From Lingula anatina (taxonomy: Eukaryota > Animalia > Brachiopoda), in contig JBPQGU010000016.1 in NCBI GenBank assembly GCA_051362555.1, forward strand, positions 4,774,001 to 4,838,000: a stretch of DNA of 64,000 bases, given 5' to 3'. The translations under genes were made by a program, and so were the position numbers. Shown here in pieces: positions 24,051 to 37,600 of the stretch (positions are counted from its first letter, which is position 1; the number at the start of each line of letters is the position of its first letter). The notes beneath the pieces were generated by a model. That model had not been told where the DNA came from. It made no database searches and was given only the letters and a program-made list of their open reading frames with translations.

Positions 24051-25429
24051 CCGTGGGAGTTACAAGTCTCACGAAGAAAATGTTAATATGTGAAAAAAAT
24101 ATTTTGAAAATAATAATAATAAATAATAATAATGATGATAATTAAATAAATAAATAACTCTCAGAAAAAGAATGCAATCAGTTCAGTTTTCTAACTCAAG
24201 CTGTATTTCAGTCCAATTTACCTTTTCTGTAAGATTGAGATCCATGAGTAACATGGTTTTACTTAAATTGTCATCAGTGTTCAAAATGGGGTTTCTTTAA
24301 CTTTGACAAAATCAGCCCAGATCATCATGTGAAATGTGATTTATGTGAAATGTGTTCAAAATAAGCATTAAAACCTGTCTTTATAGATATTGATGTTTGC
24401 TTTTAAAATCTCATTTGAGGCAGGAGTGGGGCATCCAGACAAAGTTGTTCATTTAACTAATATGCTGACAAAATCACATTACCTCATAAAGACCCAAAAT
24501 AAGAACATTGTGCTTTTAACCCAAAACATGGGAAATCTGCCAAATTTGCATAAGCACCCTCAAGTGGAAATAGCAAAAAAAAAAAAAAAAAAAAAAATAA
24601 TAATAATAATAAATAAATAATGATAATAATTAATCGATGAATGTTCATTCATTTCTCATTATTGCCAAAAATACAAAATGTGGAAATCTTTTCAGAGTTT
24701 TTGTTCACAAGGAAGTATCAGTTCATAAAAAATGCACACTCAAAGTTAATTAAGCCTTCTCTAATAATTGCAATAGTCGTTTTTCTAATTTCCAAAAAGA
24801 GATTTCAACATGATTTTAATGCATGGACTTATGGCTGTTTTTTTCTTTTTAACTTCCAGATTAAGCTGCTGGTTTGTACTTTCTATACCAAGGGTTTGAA
24901 GACCCACTATGCAAGTACCAGAACCTGCTATAGACAGTTGTCTTGGAGCCTCCAGAACACTTGCAATCCATATCCCTATCATCAAGGGGTCATTTCTTCG
25001 ATGACATGCTGCGGCGTGGGGCGAGTACCTTAAAGACTTTGATGCTTTTGGACCTTTAATATATTGTCCATACTGACTTACATCATACTAGTCCTTGGAA
25101 GGCTTGGAATACTTGATTTGACCCTTTGACACCGGTTTGCAAAGCTAAGACCATTTCTGCTTAATTTGACTGATGACTTGTAAAGCACTCTTCAAACTCT
25201 TTGGTGCTCCTGTGCTGTAAGTAACAGTATTCGTTTGATAGCACAGGCAAGGTGTCTCGGGAACAGTAATGGCTGCTGAAATTGCTGGAATAAAAAAGAC
25301 AGACAAACTGAAAACTTTTGTTCTAAGTTTTAAAAAACTGATACGGTAATTATTTTAAAAAAGGACTATGTATATAGGAAAGGCATCATAAAATTCGATT
25401 AATTAAAGATAAAATAATAATATAGCAGG

Positions 25430-25615
25430 AATCTGTATACATAGTTTTTGCTCTATTTCTTCAATAATGTTGACACCACCACTCTTCCAGCATTTTATGC
25501 TTACTACAAATGACCAAACACACCTACCTGACACTATAATGAAAAAAAAATTTTTTCATCCCTACCTGGCCAAAATTGAAGAAATCTCACATGGCTGGCA
25601 CTTATGAAAATCACT

Positions 25616-25658
<43 letters not shown>

Positions 25659-28600
25659 TCATGAAAATCAATCTATCACACCTATCATTCAGAAAAAATG
25701 TGGAAATATGCCCGGGTCACTTCATCAAGGCCCCCAATTCTATCTTTTAAGATGATCCAAAAATAAGCTCCGAGATCAGAATCGGAGAGGGGGGGAGACA
25801 GAGTTTTTGCTCTATTTCTTCCTTAATGTTGACACCACCACTCTTCCAGCACTTTATTCTTACTACAAATGACCGAACACACCTACCTGACACTATAATG
25901 AAGAAAAAAAATTTTCATCCCTACCTGGCCAAAATTGAAGAAATCTCACAGTGCCGGCACTGTTCAAAATCACTCAAAATCACCAAAAATCGACCCGTCT
26001 CCGATTTTTCCAAAAAGTGACGAAAATCAATCTACCACACCTGTCATTCATAAAAAATGTGGAAACGCGCCCGGGTCACTTCAAGGCCCCCAATTCCAGC
26101 TTTAAAGATCTGAAAACAGAATCTGAGAGCGGGGGGGGGGGGGGAGACAGAGTTTTTGCTCTATTTCTTCCTTAATGTTGACACCACCACTCTTCCAGCA
26201 CTTTATTCTTACTACAAATGACCGAACACACCTACCTGACACTATAATGAAGAAAAAAATTTTCATCCCTACCTGGCCAAAATTAAAGAAATCTCACAGT
26301 GCCGGCACTGTTCAAAATCACTCAAAATAACCAAAAATCGACCCGTCTCCGATTTTTCCAAAAAGTGACGAAAATCAATCTACCACACCTGTCATTCATA
26401 AAAAATGTGGAAACGCGCCCGGGTCACTTCATCAAGGCCCCTAATTCTAGCTTTAAAGATGATCCAAAAATAAGCTCTGAGAACAGAATCTGAGAGGGGG
26501 GGGGGAGACAGAGTTTTTGCTCTATTTCTTCCTTAATGTTGACACCACCACTCTTCCAGCACTTTATTCTTACTACAAATGACCGAACACACCTACCTGA
26601 CACTATAATGAAGAAAAAAAATTTTCATCCCTACCTGGCCAAAATTGAAGAAATCTCACAGTGCAAGCACTGTTCAAAATCACTCAAAATCACCAAAAAT
26701 CGACCAGTCTCCGATTTTTCCAAAAAGTGACGAAAATCAATCTACCACACCTGTCATTCATAAAAAATGTGGAAACGCACCCGGGTCACTTCATCAAGGC
26801 CCCCAATTCTAGCTTTAAAGATGATCCAAAAATAAGCTCTGAGAACAGAATCTGAGAGGGGGGGGGGGGGGGGAGACAGAGTTTTTGCTCTATTTCTTCC
26901 TTAATGTTGACACCACCACTCTTCCAGCACTTTATTCTTACTACAAATGACCGAACACACCTACCTGACACTATAAGGAAGAAAAAAAATTTTCATCCCT
27001 ACCTGGCCAAAATTGAAGAAATCTCACAGTGCCGGCACTGTTCAAAATCACTCAAAATCACCAAAAATCGACCCGTCTCCGATTTTTTCAAAAAGTGACG
27101 AAAATCAATCTACCACACCTGTCATTCATAAAAAATGTGGAAACGCGCCCGGGTCACTTCATCAAGGCCCCCAATTCTAGCTTTAAAGATGATCCAAAAA
27201 TAAGCTCTGAGAACAGAATCTGAGAGGGGGGGGGAGACAGAGTTTTTGCTCTATTTCTTCCTTAATGTTGACACCACCACTCTTCCAGCACTTTATTCTT
27301 ACTACAAATGACCGAACACACCTACCTGACACTATAATGAAGAAAAAAAATTTTCATCCCTACCTGGCCAAAATTGAAGAAATCTCACAGTGCCGTTCAA
27401 AATCACTCAAAATCACCAAAAATCGACCCGTCTCCGATTTTTCCGAAAAGTGACGAAAATCAATCTACCACACCTGTCATTCATAAAAAATGTGGAAACG
27501 CACCCATGTCACTTCATCAAGGCCCCCAATTCTAGCTTTAAAGATGATCCAAAAACAAGCTCTGAGAACAGAATCTGAGAGGGGGGGGGGGGAGACAGAG
27601 TTTTTGCTCTATTTCTTCCTTAATGTTGACACCACCACTCTTCCAGCACTTAATTCTTACTACAAATGACCGAACACACCTACCTGACACTATAATGAAG
27701 AAAAAAAATTTTCATCCCTACCTGGCCAAAATTGAAGAAATCTCACAGTGACGGCACTGTTCAAAATCACTCAAAATCACCAAAAATCGACCCGTCTCCG
27801 ATTTTTCCAAAAAGTGACGAAAATCAATCTACCACACCTGTCATTCATAAAAAATGTGGAAACGCGCCCGGGTCACTTCATCAAGGCCCCCAATTCTAGC
27901 TTTAAAGATGATCCAAAAACAAGCTCTGAGAACAGAATCTGAGAGGGGGGGGGGAGACAGAGTTTTTGCTCTATTTCTTCCTTAATGTTGACACCACCAC
28001 TCTTCCAGCACTTAATTCTTACTACGAATGACCGAACACACCTACCTGAAACTATAATGAAGAAAAAAAATTTTCATCCCTACCTGGCCAAAATTGAAGA
28101 AATCTCACAGTGCCGGCACTGTTCAAAATCACTCAAAATCACCAAAAATCGACCCGTCTCCGATTTTTCCAAAAAGTGACGAAAATCAATCTACCACACC
28201 TGTCATTCATAAAAAATGTGGAAACGCGCCCGGGTCACTTCATCAAGGCCCCCAATTCTAGCTTTAAAGATGATCCAAAAACAAGCTCTGAGAACAGAAT
28301 CTGAGAGGGGGGGGGGAGACAGAGTTTTTGCTCTATTTCTTCCTTAATGTTGACACCACCACTCTTCCAGCACTTAATTCTTACTACGAATGACCGAACA
28401 CACCTACCTGACACTATAATGAAGAAAAAAAATTTTCATCCCTACCTGGCCAAAATTGAAGAAATCTCACAGTGCCGGCACTGTTCAAAATCACTCAAAA
28501 TCACCAAAAATCGACCCGTCTCCGATTTTTCCAAAAAGTGACGAAAATCAATCTACCACACCTGTCATTCATAAAAAATGTGGAAACGCGCCCGGGTCAC

Positions 28601-31600
28601 TTCATCAAGGCCCCCAATTCTAGCTTTAAAGATGATCCAAAAATAAGCTCTGAGAACAGAATCTGAGAGGGGGGGGGGGGGGGGGGAGACAGAGTTTTTG
28701 CTCTATTTCTTCCTTAATGTTGACACCACCACTCTTCCAGCACTTTATTCTTACTACAAATGACCGAACACACCTACCTGACACTATAATGAAGAAAAAA
28801 AATTTTCATCCCTACCTGGCCAAAATTGAAGAAATCTCACAGTGCCGGCACTGTTCAAAATCACTCAAAATCACCAAAAATCGACCCGTCTCCGATTTTT
28901 CCAAAAAGTGACGAAAATGAATCTACCACACCTGTCATTCATAAAAAATGTGGAAACGTGCCCGGGTCACTTCATCAAGGCCCCCAATTCTAGCTTTAAA
29001 GATGATCCAAAAATAAGCTCTGAGAATAGAATCTGAGAGGAGGGGGGAGACAGAGTTTTTGCTCTTTTTCTTCCTTAATGTTGACACCACCACTCTTCCA
29101 GCACTTTATTCTTACTACAAATGACCGAACACACCTACCTGACACTATAATGAAGAAAAAAAATTTTCATCCTTACCTGGCCAAAATTGAAGAAATTTCA
29201 CAGTGCCGGCACTGTTCAAAATCACTCAAAATCACCAAAAATCGACCCGTCTCCGATTTTTCCAAAAAGTGACGAAAATCAATCTACCACACCTGTCATT
29301 CATAAAAAATGTGGAAACGCGCCCGGGTCACTTCATCAAGGCCCCCAATTCTAGCTTTAAAGATGATCCAAAAACAAGCTCTGAGAACAGAATCTGAGAG
29401 GGGGGGGGGGGGAGACAGAGTTTTTGCTCTATTTCTTCCTTAATGTTGACACCACCACTCTTCCAGCACTTAATTCTTACTACGAATGACCGAACACACC
29501 TACCTGACACTATAATGAAGAAAAAAAATTTTCATCCCTACCTGGCCAAAATTGAAGAAATCTCACAGTGCCGGCACTGTTCAAAATCACTCAAAATCAC
29601 CAAAAATCGACCCGTCTCCGATTTTTCCAAAAAGTGACGAAAATCAATCTACCACACCTGTCATTCATAAAAAATGTGGAAACGTGCCCGGGTCACTTCA
29701 TCAAGGCCCCCAATTCTAGCTTTAAAGATGATCCAAAAATAAGCTCTGAGAATAGAATCTGAGAGGAGGGGGGAGACAGAGTTTTTGCTCTTTTTCTTCC
29801 TTAATGTTGACACCACCACTCTTCCAGCACTTTATTCTTACTACAAATGACCGAACACACCTACCTGACACTATAATGAAGAAAAAAAATTTTCATCCCT
29901 ACCTGGCCAAAATTGAAGAAATCTCACAGTGCCGGCACTGTTCAAAATCACTCAAAATCACCAAAAATCGACCCGTCTCCGATTTTTCCAAAAAGTGACG
30001 AAAATCAATCTACCACACCTGTCATTCATAAAAAATGTGGAAACGTGCCCGGGTCACTTCATCAAGGCCCCCAATTCTAGCTTTAAAGATGATCCAAAAA
30101 TAAGCTCTGAGAATAGAATCTGAGAGGAGGGGGGAGACAGAGTTTTTGCTCTTTTTCTTCCTTAATGTTGACACCACCACTCTTCCAGCACTTTATTCTT
30201 ACTACAAATGACCGAACACATCTACCTGACACTATAATGAAGAAAAAAAATTTTCATCCCTACCTGGCCAAAATTGAAGAAATCTCACAGTGCACTGTTC
30301 AAAATCACTCAAAATCACCAAAAATCAACCCATCTCCGATTTTTCCAAAAAGTGACGAAAATCAATCTACCACACCTGTCATTCATAAAAAATGTGGAAA
30401 CGCGCCCGGGTCACTTCATCAAGGCCCCCAATTCTAGCTTTAAAGATGATCCAAAAATAAGCTCTGAGTCCAGAATCTGAGAGGGGGGGGGGAGACAGAG
30501 TTTTTGCTCTATTTCTTCCTTAATGTTGACACCACCACTCTTCCAGCACTTTATTCTTACTACAAATGACCGAACACACCTACCTGACACTATAATGAAG
30601 AAAAAAAATTTTCATCCCTACCTGGCCAAAATTGAAGAAATCTCACAGTGCCGGCACTGTTCAAAATCACTCAAAATCACCAAAAATCGACCCGTCTCCG
30701 ATGTTTCCAAAAAGTGACGAAAATCAATCTACCACACCTGTCATTCATAAAAAATGTGGAAACGCGCCCGGGTCACTTCATCAAGGCCCCCAATTCTAGC
30801 TTTAAAGATGATCCAAAAATAAGCTCTGAGAACAGAATCTGAGAGGGGGGGGGGGGGAGACAGAGTTTTTGCTCTATTTCTTCCTTAATGTTGACACCAC
30901 CACTCTTCCAGCACTTTATTCTTACTACAAATGACCGAACACACCTACCTGACACTATAATGAAGAAAAAAAAAATTTTCATCCCTACCTGGCCAAAATT
31001 GAAGAAATCTCACAGTGCCGGCACTGTTCAAAATCACTCAAAATCACCAAAAATCGACCCGTCTCCGATTTTTCCAAAAAGTGACGAAAATCAATCTACA
31101 ACACCTGTCATTCATAAAAAATGTGGAAACGCGCCCGGGTCACTTCATCAAGGCCCCCAATTCTAGCTTTAAAGATGATCCAAAAATAAGCTCTGAGAAC
31201 AGAATCTGAGAGGGGGGGGGGAGACAGAGTTTTTGCTCTATTTCTTCCTTAATGTTGACACCACCACTCTTCCAGCACTTTATTCTTACTACAAATGACC
31301 GAACACACCTACCTGACACTATAATGAAGAAAAAAAATTTTCATCCTTACCTGGCCAAAATTGAAGAAATCTCACAGTGCCGGCACTGTTCAAAATCACT
31401 CAAAATCACCAAAAATCGACCCGTCTCCGATTTTTCCAAAAAGTGACGAAAATCAATCTACCACACCTGTCATTCATAAAAAATGTGGAAACGCGCCCGA
31501 GTCACTTCATCAAGGCCCCCAATTCTAGCTTTAAAGATGATCCAAAAACAAGCTCTGAGAACAGAATCTGAGAGGGGGGGGGGAGACAGAGTTTTTGCTC

Positions 31601-34600
31601 TATTTCTTCCTTAATGTTGACACCACCACTCTTCCAGCACTTAATTCTTACTACGAATGACCGAACACACCTACCTGACACTATAATGAAGAAAAAAAAT
31701 TTTCATCCCTACCTGGCCAAAATTGAAGAAATCTCACAGTGCCGGCACTGTTCAAAATCACTCAAAATCACCAAAAATCGACCCGTCTCCGATTTTTCCA
31801 AAAAGTGACGAAAATCAATCTACCACACCTGTCATTCATAAAAAATGTGGAAACGTGCCCGGGTCACTTCATCAAGGCCCCCAATTCTAGCTTTAAAGAT
31901 GATCCAAAAATAAGCTCTGAGAATAGAATCTGAGAGGAAGGGGGACAGAGTTTTTGCTCTTTTTCTTCCTTAATGTTGACACCACCACTCTTCCAGCACT
32001 TTATTCTTACTACAAATGACCGAACACACCTACCTGACACTATAATGAAGAAAAAAAATTTTCATCCCTACCTGGCCAAAATTGAAGAAATCTCACAGTG
32101 CACTGTTCAAAATCACTCAAAATCACCAAAAATCAACCCATCTCCGATTTTTCCAAAAAGTGACGAAAATCAATCTACCACACCTGTCATTCATAAAAAA
32201 TGTGGAAACGCGCCCGGGTCACTTCATCAAGGCCCCCAATTCTAGCTTTAAAGATGATCCAAAAATAAGCTCTGAGTCCAGAATCTGAGAGGGGGGGGGG
32301 GGGAGACAGAGTTTTTGCTCTATTTCTTCCTTAATGTTGACACCACCACTCTTCCAGCACTTTATTCTTACTACAAATGACCGAACACACCTACCTGACA
32401 CTATAATGAAGAAAAAAAATTTTCATCCCTACCTGGCCAAAATTGAAGAAATCTCACAGTGCCAGCACTGTTCAAAATCACCAAAAATCGACCCGTCTCC
32501 GATTTTTCCAAAAAGTGACGAAAATCAATCTACCACACCTGTCATTCATAAAAAATGTGGAAACGCGCCCGGGTCACTTCATCAAGGCCCCCAATTCTAG
32601 CTTTAAATATGATCCAAAAATAAGCTCTGAGAACAGAATCTGAGAGGGGGGGGGGGGGAGACAGAGTTTTTGCTCTATTTCTTCCTTAATGTTGACACCA
32701 CCACTCTTCCAGCACTTTATTCTTACTACAAATGACCGAACACAACTACCTGACACTATAATGAAGAAAAAAAATTTTCATCCCTACCTGGCCAAAATTG
32801 AAGAAATCTCACAGTGCCGGCACTGTTCAAAATCACTCAAAATCACCAAAAATCGACCCGTCTCCGATTTTTCCAAAAAGTGACGAAAATCAATCTACAA
32901 CACCTGTCATTCATAAAAAATGTGGAAACGCGCCCGGGTCACTTCATCAAGGCCCCCAATTCTAGCTTTAAAGATGATCCAAAAATAAGCTCTGAGAACA
33001 GAAACTGAGGGGGGGGGGGGGGGGGGAGACAGAGTTTTTGCTCTATTTCTTCCTTAATGTTGACACCACCACTCTTCCAGCACTTTATTCTTACTACAAA
33101 TGACCGAACACACCTACCTGACACTATAATGAAGAAAAAAAATTTTCATCCCTACCTGGCCAAAATTGAAGAAATCTCACAATGCCGGCCCGTCTCCGAT
33201 TTTTCCAAAAAGTGACGAAAATCAATCTACCACACCTGTCATTCATAAAAAATGTGGAAACGCGCCCGGGTCACTTCATCAAGGCCCCCAATTCTAGCTT
33301 TAAAGATGATCCAAAAATAAGCTCTGAGAACAGAATCTGAGAGGGGGGGGGGAGACAGAGTTTTTGCTCTATTTCTTCCTTAATGTTGACACCACCACTC
33401 TTCCAGCACTTTATTCTTACTACAAGTGACCGAACACACCTACCTGACACTATAATGAAGAAAAAAAATTTTCATCCCTACCTGGCCAAAATTGAAGAAA
33501 TCTCACAGTGCCGGCACTGTTCAAAATCACTCAAAATCACCAAAAATCGACCCGTCTCCGATTTTTCCAAAAAGTGACGAAAATGAATCTACCACACCTG
33601 TCATTCATAAAAAATGTGGAAACGCGCCCGGGTCACTTCATCAAGGCCCCCAATTCTAGCTTTAAAGATGATCCAAAAATAAGCTCTGAGAACAGAATCT
33701 GAGAGGGGGGGGGGGGAGACAGAGTTTTTGCTCTATTTCTTCCTTAATGTTGACACCACCACTCTTCTAGCACTTTATTCTTACTACAAATGACCGAACA
33801 CACCTACCTGACACTATAATGAAGAAAAAAAATTTTCATCCCTACCTGGCCAAAATTGAAGAAATCTCACAGTGCCGGCACTGTTCAAAATCACTCAAAA
33901 TCACCAAAAATCGACCCGTCTCCGATTTTTCCAAAAAGTGACGAAAATCAATCTACCACACCTGTCATTCATAAAAAACGTGGAAACGCGCCCGGGTCAC
34001 TTCATCAAGGCCCCCAATTCTAGCTTTAAAGATGATCCAAAAATAAGCTCTGAGAACAGAATCTGAGAGGGGGGGGGGGAGACAGAGTTTTTGCTCTATT
34101 TCTTCCTTAATGTTGACACCACCACTCTTCCAGCACTTTATTCTCACTACAAATGACTGAACACACCTACCTGACACTATAATGAAGAAAAAAAATTTTC
34201 ATCCCTACCTGGCCAAAATTGAAGAAATCTCACAGTGCCGGCACTGTTCAAAATCACTCAAAATCACCAAAAATCGACCCGTCTCCGATTTTTCCAAAAA
34301 GTGACGAAAATCAATCTACCACACCTGTCATTCATAAAAAATGTGGAAACGCGCCCGGGTCACTTCATCAAGGCCCCCAATTCTAGCTTTAAAGATGATC
34401 CAAAAATAAGCTCTGAGAACAGAATCTGAGAGGGGGGGGGGGGGGAGACAGAGTTTTTGCTCTATTTCTTCCTTAATGTTGACACCACCACTCTTCCAGC
34501 ACTTTATTCTTACTACAAATGACCGAACACACCTACCTGACACTATAATGAAGAAAAAAAATTTTCATCCCTACCTGGCCAAAATTGAAGAAATCTCACA

Positions 34601-37600
34601 GTGCCGGCACTGTTCAAAATCACTCAAAATCACCAAAAATCGACCCGTCTCCGATTTTTCCAAAAAGTGACGAAAATCAATCTACCACACCTGTCATTCA
34701 TAAAAAATGTGGAAACGCGCCCGGGTCACTTCATCAAGGCCCCCAATTCTAGCTTTAAAGATGATCCAAAAATAAGCTCTGAGAACAGAATCTGAGAGGG
34801 GGGGGGGGGGAGACAGAGTTTTTGCTCTATTTCTTCCTTAATGTTGACACCACCACTCTTCCAGCACTTTATTCTTACTACAAATGACCGAACACACCTA
34901 CCTGACACTATAATGAAGAAAAAAAATTTTCATCCCTACCTGGCCAAAATTGAAGAAATCTCACAATGCCGGCACTGTTCAAAATCACTCAAAATCACCA
35001 AAAATCGACCCGTCTCCGATTTTTCCAAAAAGTGACGAAAATCAATCTACCACACCTGTCATTCATAAAAAATGTGGAAACGTGCCCGGGTCACTTCATC
35101 AAGGCCCCCAATTCTAGCTTTAAAGATGATCCAAAAATAAGCTCTGAGAATAGAATCTGAGAGGAAGGGGGACAGAGTTTTTGCTCTTTTTCTTCCTTAA
35201 TGTTGACACCACCACTCTTCCAGCACTTTATTCTTACTACAAATGACCGAACACACCTACCTGACACTATAATGAAGAAAAAAAATTTTCATCCCTACCT
35301 GGCCAAAATTGAAGAAATCTCACAGTGCACTGTTCAAAATCACTCAAAATCACCAAAAATCAACCCATCTCCGATTTTTCCAAAAAGTGACAAAAATCAA
35401 TCTACCACACCTGTCATTCATAAAAAATGTGGAAACGCGCCCGGGTCACTTCATCAAGGCCCCCAATTCTAGCTTTAAAGATGATCCAAAAATAAGCTCT
35501 GAGTCCAGAATCTGAGAGGGGGGGGGGGGAGACAGAGTTTTTGCTCTATTTCTTCCTTAATGTTGACACCACCACTCTTCCAGCACTTTATTCTTACTAC
35601 AAATGACCGAACACACCTACCTGACACTATAATGAAGAAAAAAAATTTTCATCCCTACCTGGCCAAAATTGAAGAAATCTCACAGTGCCAGCACTGTTCA
35701 AAATCACCAAAAATCGACCCGTCTCCGATTTTTCCAAAAAGTGACGAAAATCAATCTACCACACCTGTCATTCATAAAAAATGTGGAAACGCGCCCGGGT
35801 CACTTCATCAAGGCCCCCAATTCTAGCTTTAAATATGATCCAAAAATAAGCTCTGAGAACAGAATCTGAGAGGGGGGGGGGGAGACAGAGTTTTTGCTCT
35901 ATTTCTTCCTTAATGTTGACACCACCACTCTTCCAGCACTTTATTCTTACTACAAATGACCGAACACAACTACCTGACACTATAATGAAGAAAAAAAATT
36001 TTCATCCCTACCTGGCCAAAATTGAAGAAATCTCACAGTGCCGGCACTGTTCAAAATCACTCAAAATCACCAAAAATCGACCCGTCTCCGATTTTTCCAA
36101 AAAGTGACGAAAATCAATCTACAACACCTGTCATTCATAAAAAATGTGGAAACGCGCCCGGGTCACTTCATCAAGGCCCCCAATTCTAGCTTTAAAGATG
36201 ATCCAAAAATAAGCTCTGAGAACAGAAACTGAGAGGGGGGGGGGGGGGGGAGACAGAGTTTTTGCTCTATTTCTTCCTTAATGTTGACACCACCACTCTT
36301 CCAGCACTTTATTCTTACTACAAATGACCGAACACACCTACCTGACACTATAATGAAGAAAAAAAATTTTCATCCCTACCTGGCCAAAATTGAAGAAATC
36401 TCACAATGCCGGCCCGTCTCCGATTTTTCCAAAAAGTGACGAAAATCAATCTACCACACCTGTCATTCATAAAAAATGTGGAAACGCGCCCGGGTCACTT
36501 CATCAAGGCCCCCAATTCTAGCTTTAAAGATGATCCAAAAATAAGCTCTGAGAACAGAATCTGAGAGGGGGGGGGGAGACAGAGTTTTTGCTCTATTTCT
36601 TCCTTAATGTTGACACCACCACTCTTCCAGCACTTTATTCTTACTACAAGTGACCGAACACACCTACCTGACACTATAATGAAGAAAAAAAATTTTCATC
36701 CCTACCTGGCCAAAATTGAAGAAATCTCACAGTGCCGGCACTGTTCAAAATCACTCAAAATCACCAAAAATCGACCCGTCTCCGATTTTTCCAAAAAGTG
36801 ACGAAAATGAATCTACCACACCTGTCATTCATAAAAAATGTGGAAACGCGCCCGGGTCACTTCATCAAGGCCCCCAATTCTAGCTTTAAAGATGATCCAA
36901 AAATAAGCTCTGAGAACAGAATCTGAGAGGGGGGGGGGGAGACAGAGTTTTTGCTCTATTTCTTCCTTAATGTTGACACCACCACTCTTCTAGCACTTTA
37001 TTCTTACTACAAATGACCGAACACACCTACCTGACACTATAATGAAGAAAAAAAATTTTCATCCCTACCTGGCCAAAATTGAAGAAATCTCACAGTGCCG
37101 GCACTGTTCAAAATCACTCAAAATCACCAAAAATCGACCCGTCTCCGATTTTTCCAAAAAGTGACGAAAATCAATCTACCACACCTGTCATTCATAAAAA
37201 ACGTGGAAACGCGCCCGGGTCACTTCATCAAGGCCCCCAATTCTAGCTTTAAAGATGATCCAAAAATAAGCTCTGAGAACAGAATCTGAGAGGGGGGGGG
37301 GGAGACAGAGTTTTTGCTCTATTTCTTCCTTAATGTTGACACCACCACTCTTCCAGCACTTTATTCTCACTACAAATGACTGAACACACCTACCTGACAC
37401 TATAATGAAGAAAAAAAATTTTCATCCCTACCTGGCCAAAATTGAAGAAATCTCACAGTGCCGGCACTGTTCAAAATCACTCAAAATCACCAAAAATCGA
37501 CCCGTCTCCGATTTTTCCAAAAAGTGACGAAAATCAATCTACCACACCTGTCATTCATAAAAAATGTGGAAACGCGCCCGGGTCACTTCATCAAGGCCCC

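Noticed and set aside
24780-25290. Possible minus-strand exon just upstream of array 2
   Set aside because: It has a plausible acceptor and higher complexity, but stops in all three frames and no motif I can recognise.
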